Origin: Rubripirellula sp.
Lineage (GTDB): Bacteria > Planctomycetota > Planctomycetia > Pirellulales > Pirellulaceae
Direction of reading: 5' to 3'
NCBI GenBank assembly: GCA_029213145.1
Contig: JARGNK010000009.1
Location: forward strand, 27,440 to 91,439
DNA: 64,000 bases
Both the position numbers and the translations under genes were made by a program. Under the pieces are notes generated by a model. The model was not told the DNA's origin. It was given only the letters and a program-made list of their open reading frames with translations, and ran no database searches. This document shows positions 37,983 to 47,942 of the stretch, one piece after another; the stretch's first letter is position 1; each line of letters begins with the position of its first letter.

Positions 37983-40900
37983 ATGACAAATAATTACAAA
38001 ACTCGCTTGGCGTTGATCTTACTTTGGTTCGCCTACGGCCTGGGAGACATACACGGGCAGTCGTATTATCAAAATCCAACAGGGATTTTTTCGACACGTC
38101 CCGATGACACCAAATCTCTGACCAACATCAAGCGTTTCGGTCCAATTGGAATGGGGATCGACTTGATACAGCCAGCCTTCACGATGCGGATCAGTCATAT
38201 CGAAGAAGGTTCGCCAGCGGCAGCAACCGAGCAGTTGCGTGCCGGGCAAATCATTGAATCGATCAATGGTCAAGCGTTAGCAGACATCGACCCGAGAATT
38301 CAACTCGGAGCAATCCTTGCGGCAGCCGAGGCGAGCGATGGAGTCGTCCGATTCTCAATCAAGGGGCAAACCGAAGACGTCACCGTCAAGATCCCGGTAA
38401 TCGGTGCCTACAGCGAGACTTGGCCATTGGATTGCCCCAAATCGAACAAGATTGTTCGCAACTTTGCAGAATACCTGAGCCAACCGGACGCCAACCCAGG
38501 CTTTGGTGGAATCGGAATGCTGTTCCTGCTCTCGACCGGTGACGACCAAGACCTTGAACCGGTAAAGAAATGGGCGAGAAGCGTTGCTGACAAACCACAC
38601 ACGTACGCGTGGTATCTCGGCTACGGAGGCATTCCACTTTGTGAATATTATTTGCGAACGGGCGATTCAGAGGTACGACCCGGAATTCAAAAGTGGGTCG
38701 ACAATGCGGTAAAGGGCCAGTACCTCGACGCCTGGGCAGGCCGGGGCGGTGTCCCGAGTGTTACCTATGGCATGGGTCACTTGAATGCTGGCGGAACGGC
38801 AGTTTTAACGTTTCTTTTATTGGCAAAAGAATGTGGTGCGGAGGTACCAGATCACGCATTGCAGGGTGCACTGGTTCACTTTTATCGTTATTCAGGACGG
38901 GGACTCAATCCTTATGGTGATGGTCGCCCAGAAGTCGGCTTCGTTGATAACGGCAAGAATGGCAATCTCGCCTTCGCAATGGCCGCCGCAGCCGCGTTAA
39001 CACCCGACGGCGAAAACTCGGTGTACGCGGCCGCCAGAGACACCTGCGCGATGACCAGTTTCTATACCACCAGTTTTATGCTGCACGGACATACGGGTGG
39101 CGGAATTGGCGAATCGTGGCGAAGTCCGGCAATGGGATTAATGCACGACAAGCGGCCCAAACAATACCGCGAATTCATGGACAACCGAAAATGGCATTAC
39201 GACCTGTCACGCCGGTGGAACGGATCGTTCGGTATCCTTGGTGGCGCGGGGTACGATGGACCGAAATGGAATGGCGCCTGGGGCACGGCCTATGCCCTTA
39301 CCTATACGATCCCCCGTAAGACGTTACGAATCAGCGGCGCTCCCCCAACAAAATACTCTCACCCATATCAACTCCCACGACAACCTTGGGGCACGGAAGT
39401 CGACAACGCATTTGTTTCACTCGAGGCCGTTCCATACTCCGATGGATCACAACAAGACCTCAGCGGTGAAACACTCGCTGAGGACGCCAGTCGCCCCGTC
39501 TTGATCCGACTGCATGATTCCGGCGAGGTAAGTGACGACCTGTTGCGTCGTTACATCCACCACCAAGATCATAACCTTCGCTTTGTTGCCGCCAACAAGA
39601 TCCTGGGAATCAACAGCGGCTACATCGGCTGGAGATCACCCGGCGGAAAAATTCGCACCCAACTGATGTTCGAATGCCTGGGATCGCACGACCCCCGCGT
39701 ACGACGCGCCATGTTTGCGGCAATCAGCGAAACACTGCGTCGAGAAAAACGGACCGAGATCCTCACCAGAGAAGTGTTTGACGCGGCGATCCAAGCGGTC
39801 ACCAGCGAATCCGAATCTTGGTGGGTCAAAGACGCTGCATTGCACGTCATCGGTAGCGCATCATCCGATTGGGTCGTGCCGCACGTGGATCAGTTACTTC
39901 CGTATTTAGACCACGAAGACTGGTGGCTTCAAAATGCGGCACTCACCGCACTGACGCCGGTCGTCGCCGACGAGAGATGTTATCAAAAAGTTTTGCCGCC
40001 CATCGGTGAACTCGTTCGAACCAACCAACGTTCAGCACTCACGTTAGGATTGATGGGCAGCATCCGAGAGCAGATCAAACGGGGTAGCCCTGACGTTCAT
40101 AAACTCGCCGGTGAGACTCTCACTGAAACGTACGCAGAATATGCGGGCGTCAAAACTGCTCCTGGCGGCCAAGACATTTCCAGCACTTACGATTCCCACC
40201 TTGAATTCATCGCCGCTTCGCTCGCCGATGTCCCTGGTGGACTCGACCTCCTCTACGACATCGCTCGAGAACGTCAACCTCAGGAAATCCTGCCATACAA
40301 AGAATTCTTCTTGAACGCCGATGCGTCTCAGTTTGGCCCCAAGCTTAAACGGGCCATCAAGCCGATCATCACCGAAGAGCTGATCCCTGAATTCATTGGA
40401 CGCAATCGAGAGCGATTGCGAGAATTCGCTGACTCCAAGGTCCAATCCGAAAAGCCGGGTGGCGTGAGAGACCCTGTCAATGGACTAACCGCACTCTACT
40501 CTCGAGCTGGATACGAAGGTTACGAATGGCAAATGTTTGCTGACTTGCGAAACGCCAACTGGTTCTATCACAGCTTCGACCCAATTCCTGCTGAACAGAT
40601 TCCCTGGGATCAACTGATCACTCGATACCGCGAAGTGACTTTGCCCAAGGGAATGGAAACTTGGTACGCGACCGAATTCGAACCTGAAAGCGTTGGCTGG
40701 AAAAATGCCAAGAGCCCATTTGGTAATTACAAAGGTGAAATCCCAACGCAGCCGATTCACAAGTGCGGTGCCAACTGCACCGGCCCTGGCTGTTATGGCG
40801 CGACGAAAGTGAATTCGCTGTGGGCGCATGAAGTTTTGTTGATGCGAGGCACGTTCAAAATACCGCCCCTTCGCGATGGCCATCGCTACCGCATTAGCGT

Positions 40901-41630
40901 CAACGATGGGAACCATGTTGGTTCGGGTGGGGGATACTTTATCTATCTCAACGGAAAGCCGTTAATTGAATCCAAAACTTGCAACGGCCGCGGATCGGGC
41001 GGACTGCCCAAAGGCGCGTATATCACCCAAGAATTCCGGGAAGATCTAGCACAAGGCAAATGCACCATCGCGGTTAAAACATTCCTGCGATACAACGACA
41101 AATACAAAGTAAAACCGAGCACACCGGTACCACAAGGAAAGATCAGTCTGCATCTTGAGGAACAAAAGCTACCTCCGATGAGTGACGACCTGCTTCGCAA
41201 ATCCGCCACGGTGGTCGCGATGCTTTCGTCCGACTGGCAAGCCGCCCAAGACCCCGAAGATCGTGAACGAAAAACCGCCGCAGTTAAATTCGTGTACGAC
41301 GGCAAATTTGTACCGAATCGACAAATCCTGGGAAGCTGGAAAACACTCGGTACCGTCAAAACGATCGCTGAGTTCACTCCCGAAAAACGATTGAGCCCAC
41401 GAAACGCAGCCTTCGCTGAGATTACATTCCACGACAATGGCGAAACAGACGATGCAACCCGCTTATGGTCCAATACAACCTTGATGGACCTAACCCGCTA
41501 CGAAGCATTGAAAATTGAGCCCAAGACGATCGCGGAAGAGAATTATCTCTTTATCGAGACAGGGCGTTTTAGTGAACGCAATCCTGTTGGCTGGCAAACA
41601 TCTTGGTATGTGTTGAAAAAAATGCCCTAA
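37983..41630 (+). CDS. Large secreted DUF6288-like protein (PDZ + alpha-helical core + HEAT-like + beta-sandwich)
   Basis: PDZ-like (IEEGSPAAATEQLRAGQIIESING), WPLDCPKS, GHLNAGG, VDNGKNG, HGHTGG, WHYDLSRRWNGSF, HEAT-like repeats, then WAHEVLLMRGTF. Likely ATG at 37983. Confidence 0.7.
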   Translation: MTNNYKTRLALILLWFAYGLGDIHGQSYYQNPTGIFSTRPDDTKSLTNIKRFGPIGMGIDLIQPAFTMRISHIEEGSPAAATEQLRAGQIIESINGQALADIDPRIQLGAILAAAEASDGVVRFSIKGQTEDVTVKIPVIGAYSETWPLDCPKSNKIVRNFAEYLSQPDANPGFGGIGMLFLLSTGDDQDLEPVKKWARSVADKPHTYAWYLGYGGIPLCEYYLRTGDSEVRPGIQKWVDNAVKGQYLDAWAGRGGVPSVTYGMGHLNAGGTAVLTFLLLAKECGAEVPDHALQGALVHFYRYSGRGLNPYGDGRPEVGFVDNGKNGNLAFAMAAAAALTPDGENSVYAAARDTCAMTSFYTTSFMLHGHTGGGIGESWRSPAMGLMHDKRPKQYREFMDNRKWHYDLSRRWNGSFGILGGAGYDGPKWNGAWGTAYALTYTIPRKTLRISGAPPTKYSHPYQLPRQPWGTEVDNAFVSLEAVPYSDGSQQDLSGETLAEDASRPVLIRLHDSGEVSDDLLRRYIHHQDHNLRFVAANKILGINSGYIGWRSPGGKIRTQLMFECLGSHDPRVRRAMFAAISETLRREKRTEILTREVFDAAIQAVTSESESWWVKDAALHVIGSASSDWVVPHVDQLLPYLDHEDWWLQNAALTALTPVVADERCYQKVLPPIGELVRTNQRSALTLGLMGSIREQIKRGSPDVHKLAGETLTETYAEYAGVKTAPGGQDISSTYDSHLEFIAASLADVPGGLDLLYDIARERQPQEILPYKEFFLNADASQFGPKLKRAIKPIITEELIPEFIGRNRERLREFADSKVQSEKPGGVRDPVNGLTALYSRAGYEGYEWQMFADLRNANWFYHSFDPIPAEQIPWDQLITRYREVTLPKGMETWYATEFEPESVGWKNAKSPFGNYKGEIPTQPIHKCGANCTGPGCYGATKVNSLWAHEVLLMRGTFKIPPLRDGHRYRISVNDGNHVGSGGGYFIYLNGKPLIESKTCNGRGSGGLPKGAYITQEFREDLAQGKCTIAVKTFLRYNDKYKVKPSTPVPQGKISLHLEEQKLPPMSDDLLRKSATVVAMLSSDWQAAQDPEDRERKTAAVKFVYDGKFVPNRQILGSWKTLGTVKTIAEFTPEKRLSPRNAAFAEITFHDNGETDDATRLWSNTTLMDLTRYEALKIEPKTIAEENYLFIETGRFSERNPVGWQTSWYVLKKMP

Positions 41631-41640
41631 GCTGAGTTTC

Positions 41641-41669
41641 CAGCAAGCAAAACAAGCTGCTGTTTTTTT
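41641..41669 (+). terminator. Possible intrinsic terminator after the DUF6288-like gene
   Basis: CAGCAAGC-AAAACAA-GCTGCTG (7 bp with one bulge) followed by a T-run. Confidence 0.4.
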
Positions 41670-41675
41670 AAAGCC

Positions 41676-41765
41676 CCAGTTTTACAGAGACTCCAGTTTT
41701 ACAGAGATTCCAGCTTTACAGAAATTCCAGCTTTACAGAAATTCCAGCTTTACAGAGATTCCAGC
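41676..41765. repeat. 17-bp tandem repeat x5 plus a partial unit
   Basis: Units CCAG(T/C)TTTACAGA(G/A)A(C/T)T start at 41676, 41693, 41710, 41727 and 41744. Confidence 0.92.
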
Positions 41766-41828
41766 ATTCCCAATAGCCGCCAATGACCGCATCGCGGCAG
41801 CACTCATCTGAAACTCGTTGTACTGAAC

Positions 41829-44438
41829 ATGTCTAAAAATTACTCCGCAATCACCGTTACGCTCATTTTTTCGAGCATCGCACTGGCTGAGGAACGACGA
41901 TTCGTGAGCGGTTCAAGGCTGCAACTCGGTGTTGAAAGTGGTTTGTCTGCATCGGTTCGCGTCGCAGACTTCGATGGCAACAAGACGAGCGATATCGTTG
42001 TAGCGAATGGACGCCACTGGCCCGGGCAGAACTATCTGTTCATGAACCAAGGGCGAGCAATCTTTAGTGTTCAACGCCGACTCGGCTCGGATCGCTGCAC
42101 CACGTACGCCGCAGAACCAGCCGACCTCGATGGGGATGGCGATCTCGACATCGCTGTCGGCAATGACATGGCACCCAATCGCGTTTTCTTCAATGACGGG
42201 AATGGCAACTTCATCGCTGGCCCAGTATTCGGCGAACCATCGAGTGTCCGGAGTCTTGAAGTTGCCGATATCGATCGTGACGGCGATGTCGACATCCTCT
42301 CAACTTGCCGTCGCCGACAGAATCGAATCTACCTGAATGACGGTCAAGGCAACTTTGTATCGAGTCGTCCTTTTGGCACAGAGCATGATTCCACGATCGA
42401 CGTGGCGGTCGCAGACTGGAACGGCGATGGACACCTTGACCTCATCCTCGCGAACCGCGACGACCAACAGAATGCGATTCTGATCAACGACGGCCATCTG
42501 AATTTTGACAAATCGGTTCCATTCGGCAGCAATCGTGATCAAACACGATCGGTCGCCGTCACCGATCTCAACGGTGATGCATTACCCGACATTGTTGCTG
42601 CCAATATTGGACAGGCGAACCATGTCTACCTGGCTGACGGAAAGGGAGGCTTCGAAGTCGTTCCGTTCGGACTGAAAACAGGCCAGTCCTACGCGGTGAC
42701 GCTCCAAGACATGGACAACGATCAAGACATTGATCTAATCGTCGGAAACGTTGGCCAACAGAATGCAGTCTTCATGAATCTTGGCGATGGCAGAGGTTTC
42801 AACGAAGTCCGCTTTGGGGATCCATCGACGGCAACTTATGGATTGCACACCGGTGACGTGGATGGCGACGGCTTCCACGACATCGTGGTCGCCAATTCTG
42901 GATCGCAAAACCGTGTCTTTCTGAACCGCCGGGGATCCCCACCCAGTGTGGCTCACCCATCGATGCAAGATGCGTCGGCAACGGCGAAAAATCTGTCGGC
43001 TGGGGCATCGGCGCCTAACGAGAACACAACTCCCATCAACTCCACGACACAGCCTGATGCCATCGCCTCCACGAAACGGTCTGTTGCTGTGGCGTCGGCG
43101 ACACAGGCCGATGCGGTTGATACCGCAACCAAGTCGGATGGACGCGTCGAAGCGGGGTTGGTCGACTGGGATTCCTTCCGTGGACGTGGCGGCAAGGGGG
43201 TGGCGGATGGCTCACCCGTTCGCACAGCTTGGAATGCCGACGAAACCGAGGGCGAATTAAGCGGTGTGCTTTGGTCAACCCAAGTCCCCGGACTTGGACA
43301 TTCGAGCCCGGTGATCAGTGGTGATCGAATCTTTTTGGCAACGGCGATCGCAGCAGCCGGTGATGCTCCCTTAAGTGTTGGCCGTGGCGGTAAACCGGAT
43401 GCCGCCGACGACCAAGGCGAACAAAGCTGGGTCTTGCTTTGCTATGACCGAAACACCGGCAAGGAAATTTGGCGACAAACCGCACAACAGGGAATTCCGA
43501 AAGCGACCCGTCACGCGAAAGCGACACACGCAAATACCAGCATCGCGATCGACGGGGACAACGTCGTCGCTTTTTTCGGTTCAGAGGGAATTCACTGCTT
43601 TGATAAACAGGGGAATAAAAAATGGTCTCGTGACCTCGGCTTGATCAACATTAGCAAGTATGGGATCGGCTGGGGTTTTGCAAGCTCACCAGCGATCAAG
43701 GATGGCCGCATTGCGATCGTCTGCGATGACCCTGACAATCCATTCGTCGCCGCACTCCAACTTTCCGATGGAAAAGAAATCTGGCGCACATCGCGACAAG
43801 GAATTTGCGAACGCAGCTGGGGAACACCATTCATCCACTCGAGCCCCAGCAGGAATCAAGTGGTCATCAACGGCTGGCCCTGGGTCGTTTCCTATGATCT
43901 TGCCAATGGTGAACCGATCTGGAAAATCCGCGGAGGTGGCGACAATCCTGTCCCAACGCCCTTCGAAGCGAACGGATGGATTTACATCACGAGTGCCCAC
44001 GGGGCAGAATCTCCAATTTTTGTTGTGCAACCCGATGCAAGCGGCGATATTTCACCACCGGAGGAAACCGGAACAAACGATTCCGTCGTCTGGAGTACTC
44101 GCCGGGGCGGTTCCTACATGTCGACCCCGGTGGTTTATGGCGACTACCTGTACCTCGGAAATACGAATGGAGTCATTCGCTGCTTTCACGCTCGCACCGG
44201 GGAAAAGATATACGAGAAACGACTCGGCACCGGAGCTTCCATCATTTCCTCTCTCGTCGCTGCGGACGACAAGATATTTTGCCCGTCGGAAAACGGAACG
44301 GTCTATGTGTTGAAGGCAGGTCCCGAATTCGAAATCCTTGCGGAGAACAAGATGGGGAATCCCTGCTTCGCAAGTCCAGCGATTGCAGGAGGTGTTCTCT
44401 ACTTGCGAACCATCAAGCACTTGGTCGCAATTAAGTAG
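41829..44438 (+). CDS. FG-GAP/VCBS repeat domain fused to a PQQ-like beta-propeller
   Basis: About seven D(L/I/W)(D/N)GDG.LD repeats, an Ala/Thr/Ser-rich linker, then DWDSFRG, VPGLGHSSPV, WGFASSP, SWGTP and YMSTPV. Confidence 0.85.
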   Translation: MSKNYSAITVTLIFSSIALAEERRFVSGSRLQLGVESGLSASVRVADFDGNKTSDIVVANGRHWPGQNYLFMNQGRAIFSVQRRLGSDRCTTYAAEPADLDGDGDLDIAVGNDMAPNRVFFNDGNGNFIAGPVFGEPSSVRSLEVADIDRDGDVDILSTCRRRQNRIYLNDGQGNFVSSRPFGTEHDSTIDVAVADWNGDGHLDLILANRDDQQNAILINDGHLNFDKSVPFGSNRDQTRSVAVTDLNGDALPDIVAANIGQANHVYLADGKGGFEVVPFGLKTGQSYAVTLQDMDNDQDIDLIVGNVGQQNAVFMNLGDGRGFNEVRFGDPSTATYGLHTGDVDGDGFHDIVVANSGSQNRVFLNRRGSPPSVAHPSMQDASATAKNLSAGASAPNENTTPINSTTQPDAIASTKRSVAVASATQADAVDTATKSDGRVEAGLVDWDSFRGRGGKGVADGSPVRTAWNADETEGELSGVLWSTQVPGLGHSSPVISGDRIFLATAIAAAGDAPLSVGRGGKPDAADDQGEQSWVLLCYDRNTGKEIWRQTAQQGIPKATRHAKATHANTSIAIDGDNVVAFFGSEGIHCFDKQGNKKWSRDLGLINISKYGIGWGFASSPAIKDGRIAIVCDDPDNPFVAALQLSDGKEIWRTSRQGICERSWGTPFIHSSPSRNQVVINGWPWVVSYDLANGEPIWKIRGGGDNPVPTPFEANGWIYITSAHGAESPIFVVQPDASGDISPPEETGTNDSVVWSTRRGGSYMSTPVVYGDYLYLGNTNGVIRCFHARTGEKIYEKRLGTGASIISSLVAADDKIFCPSENGTVYVLKAGPEFEILAENKMGNPCFASPAIAGGVLYLRTIKHLVAIK

Positions 44439-44834
44439 ACACAGCTCTCGCAGCGGTATGCCCCATTTGTAACCACCACAGGCGTCTAACACCGATGACC
44501 GATTTTCTTTGCGGGAAACCAATCGCGAAAGAACAGGCTTGCGGTTGAATTCGGATGCCTCAGCAATACCGGCAAGCCTGAATCAAGCATCGAACCAATT
44601 CGGTGAATGTCGTATCCGACCGATGCCGCGTCGTTGACTTGCATCAATAAAACACCAAAATCAGGTCGAACTTCGCGGCTTGGCATCCTGACCCGCTCGC
44701 AGCGTGTAGAGATGGCCGAGCAAATGCCCCGACTTGCATGATTCGATCTCTACTCGCTCCATGTTTCACCCACAGGTGGTGACTGCAGGTAAAATGTGGT
44801 CGCTCAGCTTCCTCACTCAATTAAGCCGATTGCT

Positions 44835-46412
44835 ATGCGATTTCGATTCATTTTACTGGCCACCCTAGCAAGCACAGGGATCGTGTTGCATCTAGGCGAC
44901 AGCAACCTGCACGCGCAATCAGGTGACCGCCCGAATATTGTCTTCGTTTTGGCAGACGACATGGGCTGGGCACAACCCGGATTCAACGGTGGTAAAACAT
45001 CTTTGACGCCTAACATGGACGCGTTAGCCGCCGAAGGGATGCGTTTGAACGAGTATTACACCCATAGTGTTTGCGCGCCGACGCGGGCCGCGTTCTTAAC
45101 AGGACGTTACGCCTTTCGGACTTGGAGTGATTGGCGATCTGAAGATTTTGGAAAACCGAGTTATCTCGCAAAACTTGGACTGAAACTCGCATACAACGAT
45201 CGAGGCCAACCAACACGCCGTATTCACGCGTTGGACACCGACGAGCGAACTGTCGCCGAAGCGCTCCGTGATGCAGGTTACTTCACATCCCTGATTGGCA
45301 AGTGGCATTTGGGGGAATGGCTTCCTGAACACTTACCAATGGGACAAGGGTTTGAGCACCAATACGGGCACTACGCATGGGGCATCGACTATTACAACAA
45401 GACCATTGTTCACAATGCACCGGCTCGGTTCGCCGTTTATGACTGGCACCGAAATCAACGGCCCATCCAAGAACCGGGATATGCGACCGACTTAATTGCA
45501 GCCGAAGCAGCCCGGGTGATCGCGGCACGCAAAACCGATGAGCGACCATTCTTTATCTATGTCGCCTTCAACGCGGTTCACGGACCACTGAATCCCCCAC
45601 CGGGATTCAGTGGAAACGCTGATGATCCGCTTGAGATACGCGATGCGATGCTCAAGAGCCTGGATGATGCATTGGGGCGAATCATGAGGTCAATCAATGA
45701 AAACGGGTTCCGTGAGAATACGGTGTTCGTATTTTCTAATGACAATGGCCCTGTCTTGGAGGAAATGAGCAAACCATTCCGGGGTACAAAAAACACGACC
45801 TTTGAGGGTGGTGTCCGCCAACCGGCAATCATCCGCTGGCCCGGCCACACGAAACCGGGAACGACCAAAGATGGCTTGATGTTCATTACAGACTTTTACC
45901 CGACTTTCATCACCTTGGCCGGTGGCCAATCTGATCAGCCTCGTCCAATCGATGGCATTGACATGACCTCCATGCTATTCGGCGGCGAGGAAAGTCCACG
46001 ACAGGAAATCATCTACGATGTTGAAGGCAGCGTGAGGCTTCCGACCATCCGAAAAGGTGATTTTAAGTTGATGGGCAAGATGCTTTTTAACATTGCGACG
46101 GATCCAAGTGAGCAAACGGATGTTGCGGACCAGCACCCCAAGATTGTCGCGGATTTGCAATCTCGCGTCGCTGAAGCGGGAAGAGAGCGGCCACCACTGG
46201 GAAACAAACCGTTATTAATGGATCCACCCTTACCGTATGTCTATGGCCTGCAAGAACAAGACGAGGTACCGGATTGGCTGAAAGAAAACGTGGATGCAAT
46301 CCGGGCCCAACAGCCAACGAACTGGGCACCCGGAGAAACACCTTGGCCGAAAGCCCCCAAGGGCGCGACTGCCAGTAAAATGGACGGTCTGAAGGACGAA
46401 TTAACGAAATAG
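44835..46412 (+). CDS. Arylsulfatase (Cys-type, family S1)
   Basis: PNIVFVLADDMG, CAPTR (45072-45086), GKWHLG, VHGPL, NDNG and KNTTFEGGVRQP. Likely ATG at 44835. Confidence 0.92.
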   Translation: MRFRFILLATLASTGIVLHLGDSNLHAQSGDRPNIVFVLADDMGWAQPGFNGGKTSLTPNMDALAAEGMRLNEYYTHSVCAPTRAAFLTGRYAFRTWSDWRSEDFGKPSYLAKLGLKLAYNDRGQPTRRIHALDTDERTVAEALRDAGYFTSLIGKWHLGEWLPEHLPMGQGFEHQYGHYAWGIDYYNKTIVHNAPARFAVYDWHRNQRPIQEPGYATDLIAAEAARVIAARKTDERPFFIYVAFNAVHGPLNPPPGFSGNADDPLEIRDAMLKSLDDALGRIMRSINENGFRENTVFVFSNDNGPVLEEMSKPFRGTKNTTFEGGVRQPAIIRWPGHTKPGTTKDGLMFITDFYPTFITLAGGQSDQPRPIDGIDMTSMLFGGEESPRQEIIYDVEGSVRLPTIRKGDFKLMGKMLFNIATDPSEQTDVADQHPKIVADLQSRVAEAGRERPPLGNKPLLMDPPLPYVYGLQEQDEVPDWLKENVDAIRAQQPTNWAPGETPWPKAPKGATASKMDGLKDELTK

Positions 46413-46560
46413 GAACGATGTCGCGAACCGGAGCAAGAAGCTAGCGGAACAAGCGATCAAGACAGCTTAATTTCGGTCGCCAAACGTCGATTCTCACCGA
46501 AATAAAACACCGACAAGTGAATCGGTAACAGCCGACTCACTTTCCACCACTCGGTCGCGG

Positions 46561-47045
46561 TTGCAGCAAATCTTCGCCGCGACCGCCCAAACGGCTGACA
46601 TCGCTCCAATAAAAACGGTCAGCGGACGGTTCATCAGCGAAACTGATAATTCTTCGATGACGCAGTTCCTCGTCATCGCGAATCACTCGCCCAAGAGTTA
46701 TTCGATCGCGGATCAACCATCGGCCGTCTTGTCGACATCATGGGGAAACAGCTTGAAGTCATCGGAACCTTCAGTGACTTAGAAACGAATTCAGACTTAG
46801 CTGATCGAGTGAGATGCATTGTCCCTATCAAGACAATGAAAAAAATCTTTGGCGACATCGCGATTACCAAAATAGACATCAAAGATGAGCCATTCTCCAC
46901 TGACCACTATGAATTGTCAGGCTGCATCATCGAGGTTGCGGCATTCGATCAACTGGAGACCACTCAAAAGTTGATCGAGAATACTCTCCGGATTCAAGGA
47001 AGACATACGGAGGTCGATTTGCGAAATAATTTGCCAAGTCAATAG
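46561..47045 (+). pseudogene. Frameshifted fragment of a MacB-like ABC-permease periplasmic domain
   Basis: SGRFISETDN..FLVIA continues, after a 1-nt shift near 46680, as ESLAQELF...IGRLVDIMGKQLEVIG...IVPIKTM...ELSGCIIEV. There are no TM or FtsX regions and no ATPase gene nearby. Confidence 0.6.
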
Positions 47046-47375
47046 CCCCCAGCATTTCCCTCTTTCCTTTTCGCGTTTCCGCAGAGACGATGCGAGTTGA
47101 GTTTCGCGCTCTCCGTGAAATTCTAGTCGGCCACTGTTAGTTGCATCACGGCAGACAGCGATGAACGATCCCCGTTTTTTGTATCTGAACCCGAAATTTA
47201 CTGAAAATGGGCGGGAATGCATCGATTTGATACCTGCTTTGTGATTGCTCTTACTTAAACTGTCAGCCAAACGAAGTAGAAGCAACGTTGAATTGAAAAC
47301 TCATCCCGGCGAAACGAAGCAAGCTCGGGCTGCTTTTGCAACCTAAGCGCGTGCTTGAGTTCAAACCAAAACCCT

Positions 47376-47942
47376 ATGAAAATTGAATCACTGACGATCC
47401 CTGATGTGAAGCTGATATCGACGGCAAAGCATGGCGATCACCGCGGCTTTTTTTCCGAAATCTATTCGCAGCGTGGGCTGCAGCAAGCGGGGCTGGATTT
47501 ACGCTTCGTGCAGGACAACTATTCGTTTTCTGCTGAAACCGACGTTCTCCGCGGTTTGCATTTCCAAATACCGCCGCACGCGCAAGGAAAGCTAATCCGA
47601 GTTCTAAGTGGATGCATCCTTGATATCGCGGTGGATCTAAGGGTAGGCTCTCCGTGGTACGGCAAGCATGTCTCGGTTGAATTGTCAGCGGAAAATTGGC
47701 AACAGCTTTGGATTCCGATCGGATTCGCACACGGGTACGTCACTCGTACGCCAGAATCCGCAGTTCTTTATAAGGTGACCGATTCATTTCACCCAGAGCT
47801 TGAACGTGGTCTCCGCTGGGATGATGCGACGCTCAACATCGATTGGGGAATCGATACTCCGAGCATGGTGATCAATGACAGAGACAAGTGTCTTCCTCTG
47901 ACCACCGAATTCCAAAGCCCATTCGTTTACGAAACACCATGA
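47376..47942 (+). CDS. rfbC: dTDP-4-dehydrorhamnose 3,5-epimerase
   Basis: DHRGFFSE, FVQDNYS, LRGLHFQ, QGKLIRV, DIAVDLRVGSPWYG, QLWIPIGFAHGY and YKV. Confidence 0.95.
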   Translation: MKIESLTIPDVKLISTAKHGDHRGFFSEIYSQRGLQQAGLDLRFVQDNYSFSAETDVLRGLHFQIPPHAQGKLIRVLSGCILDIAVDLRVGSPWYGKHVSVELSAENWQQLWIPIGFAHGYVTRTPESAVLYKVTDSFHPELERGLRWDDATLNIDWGIDTPSMVINDRDKCLPLTTEFQSPFVYETP

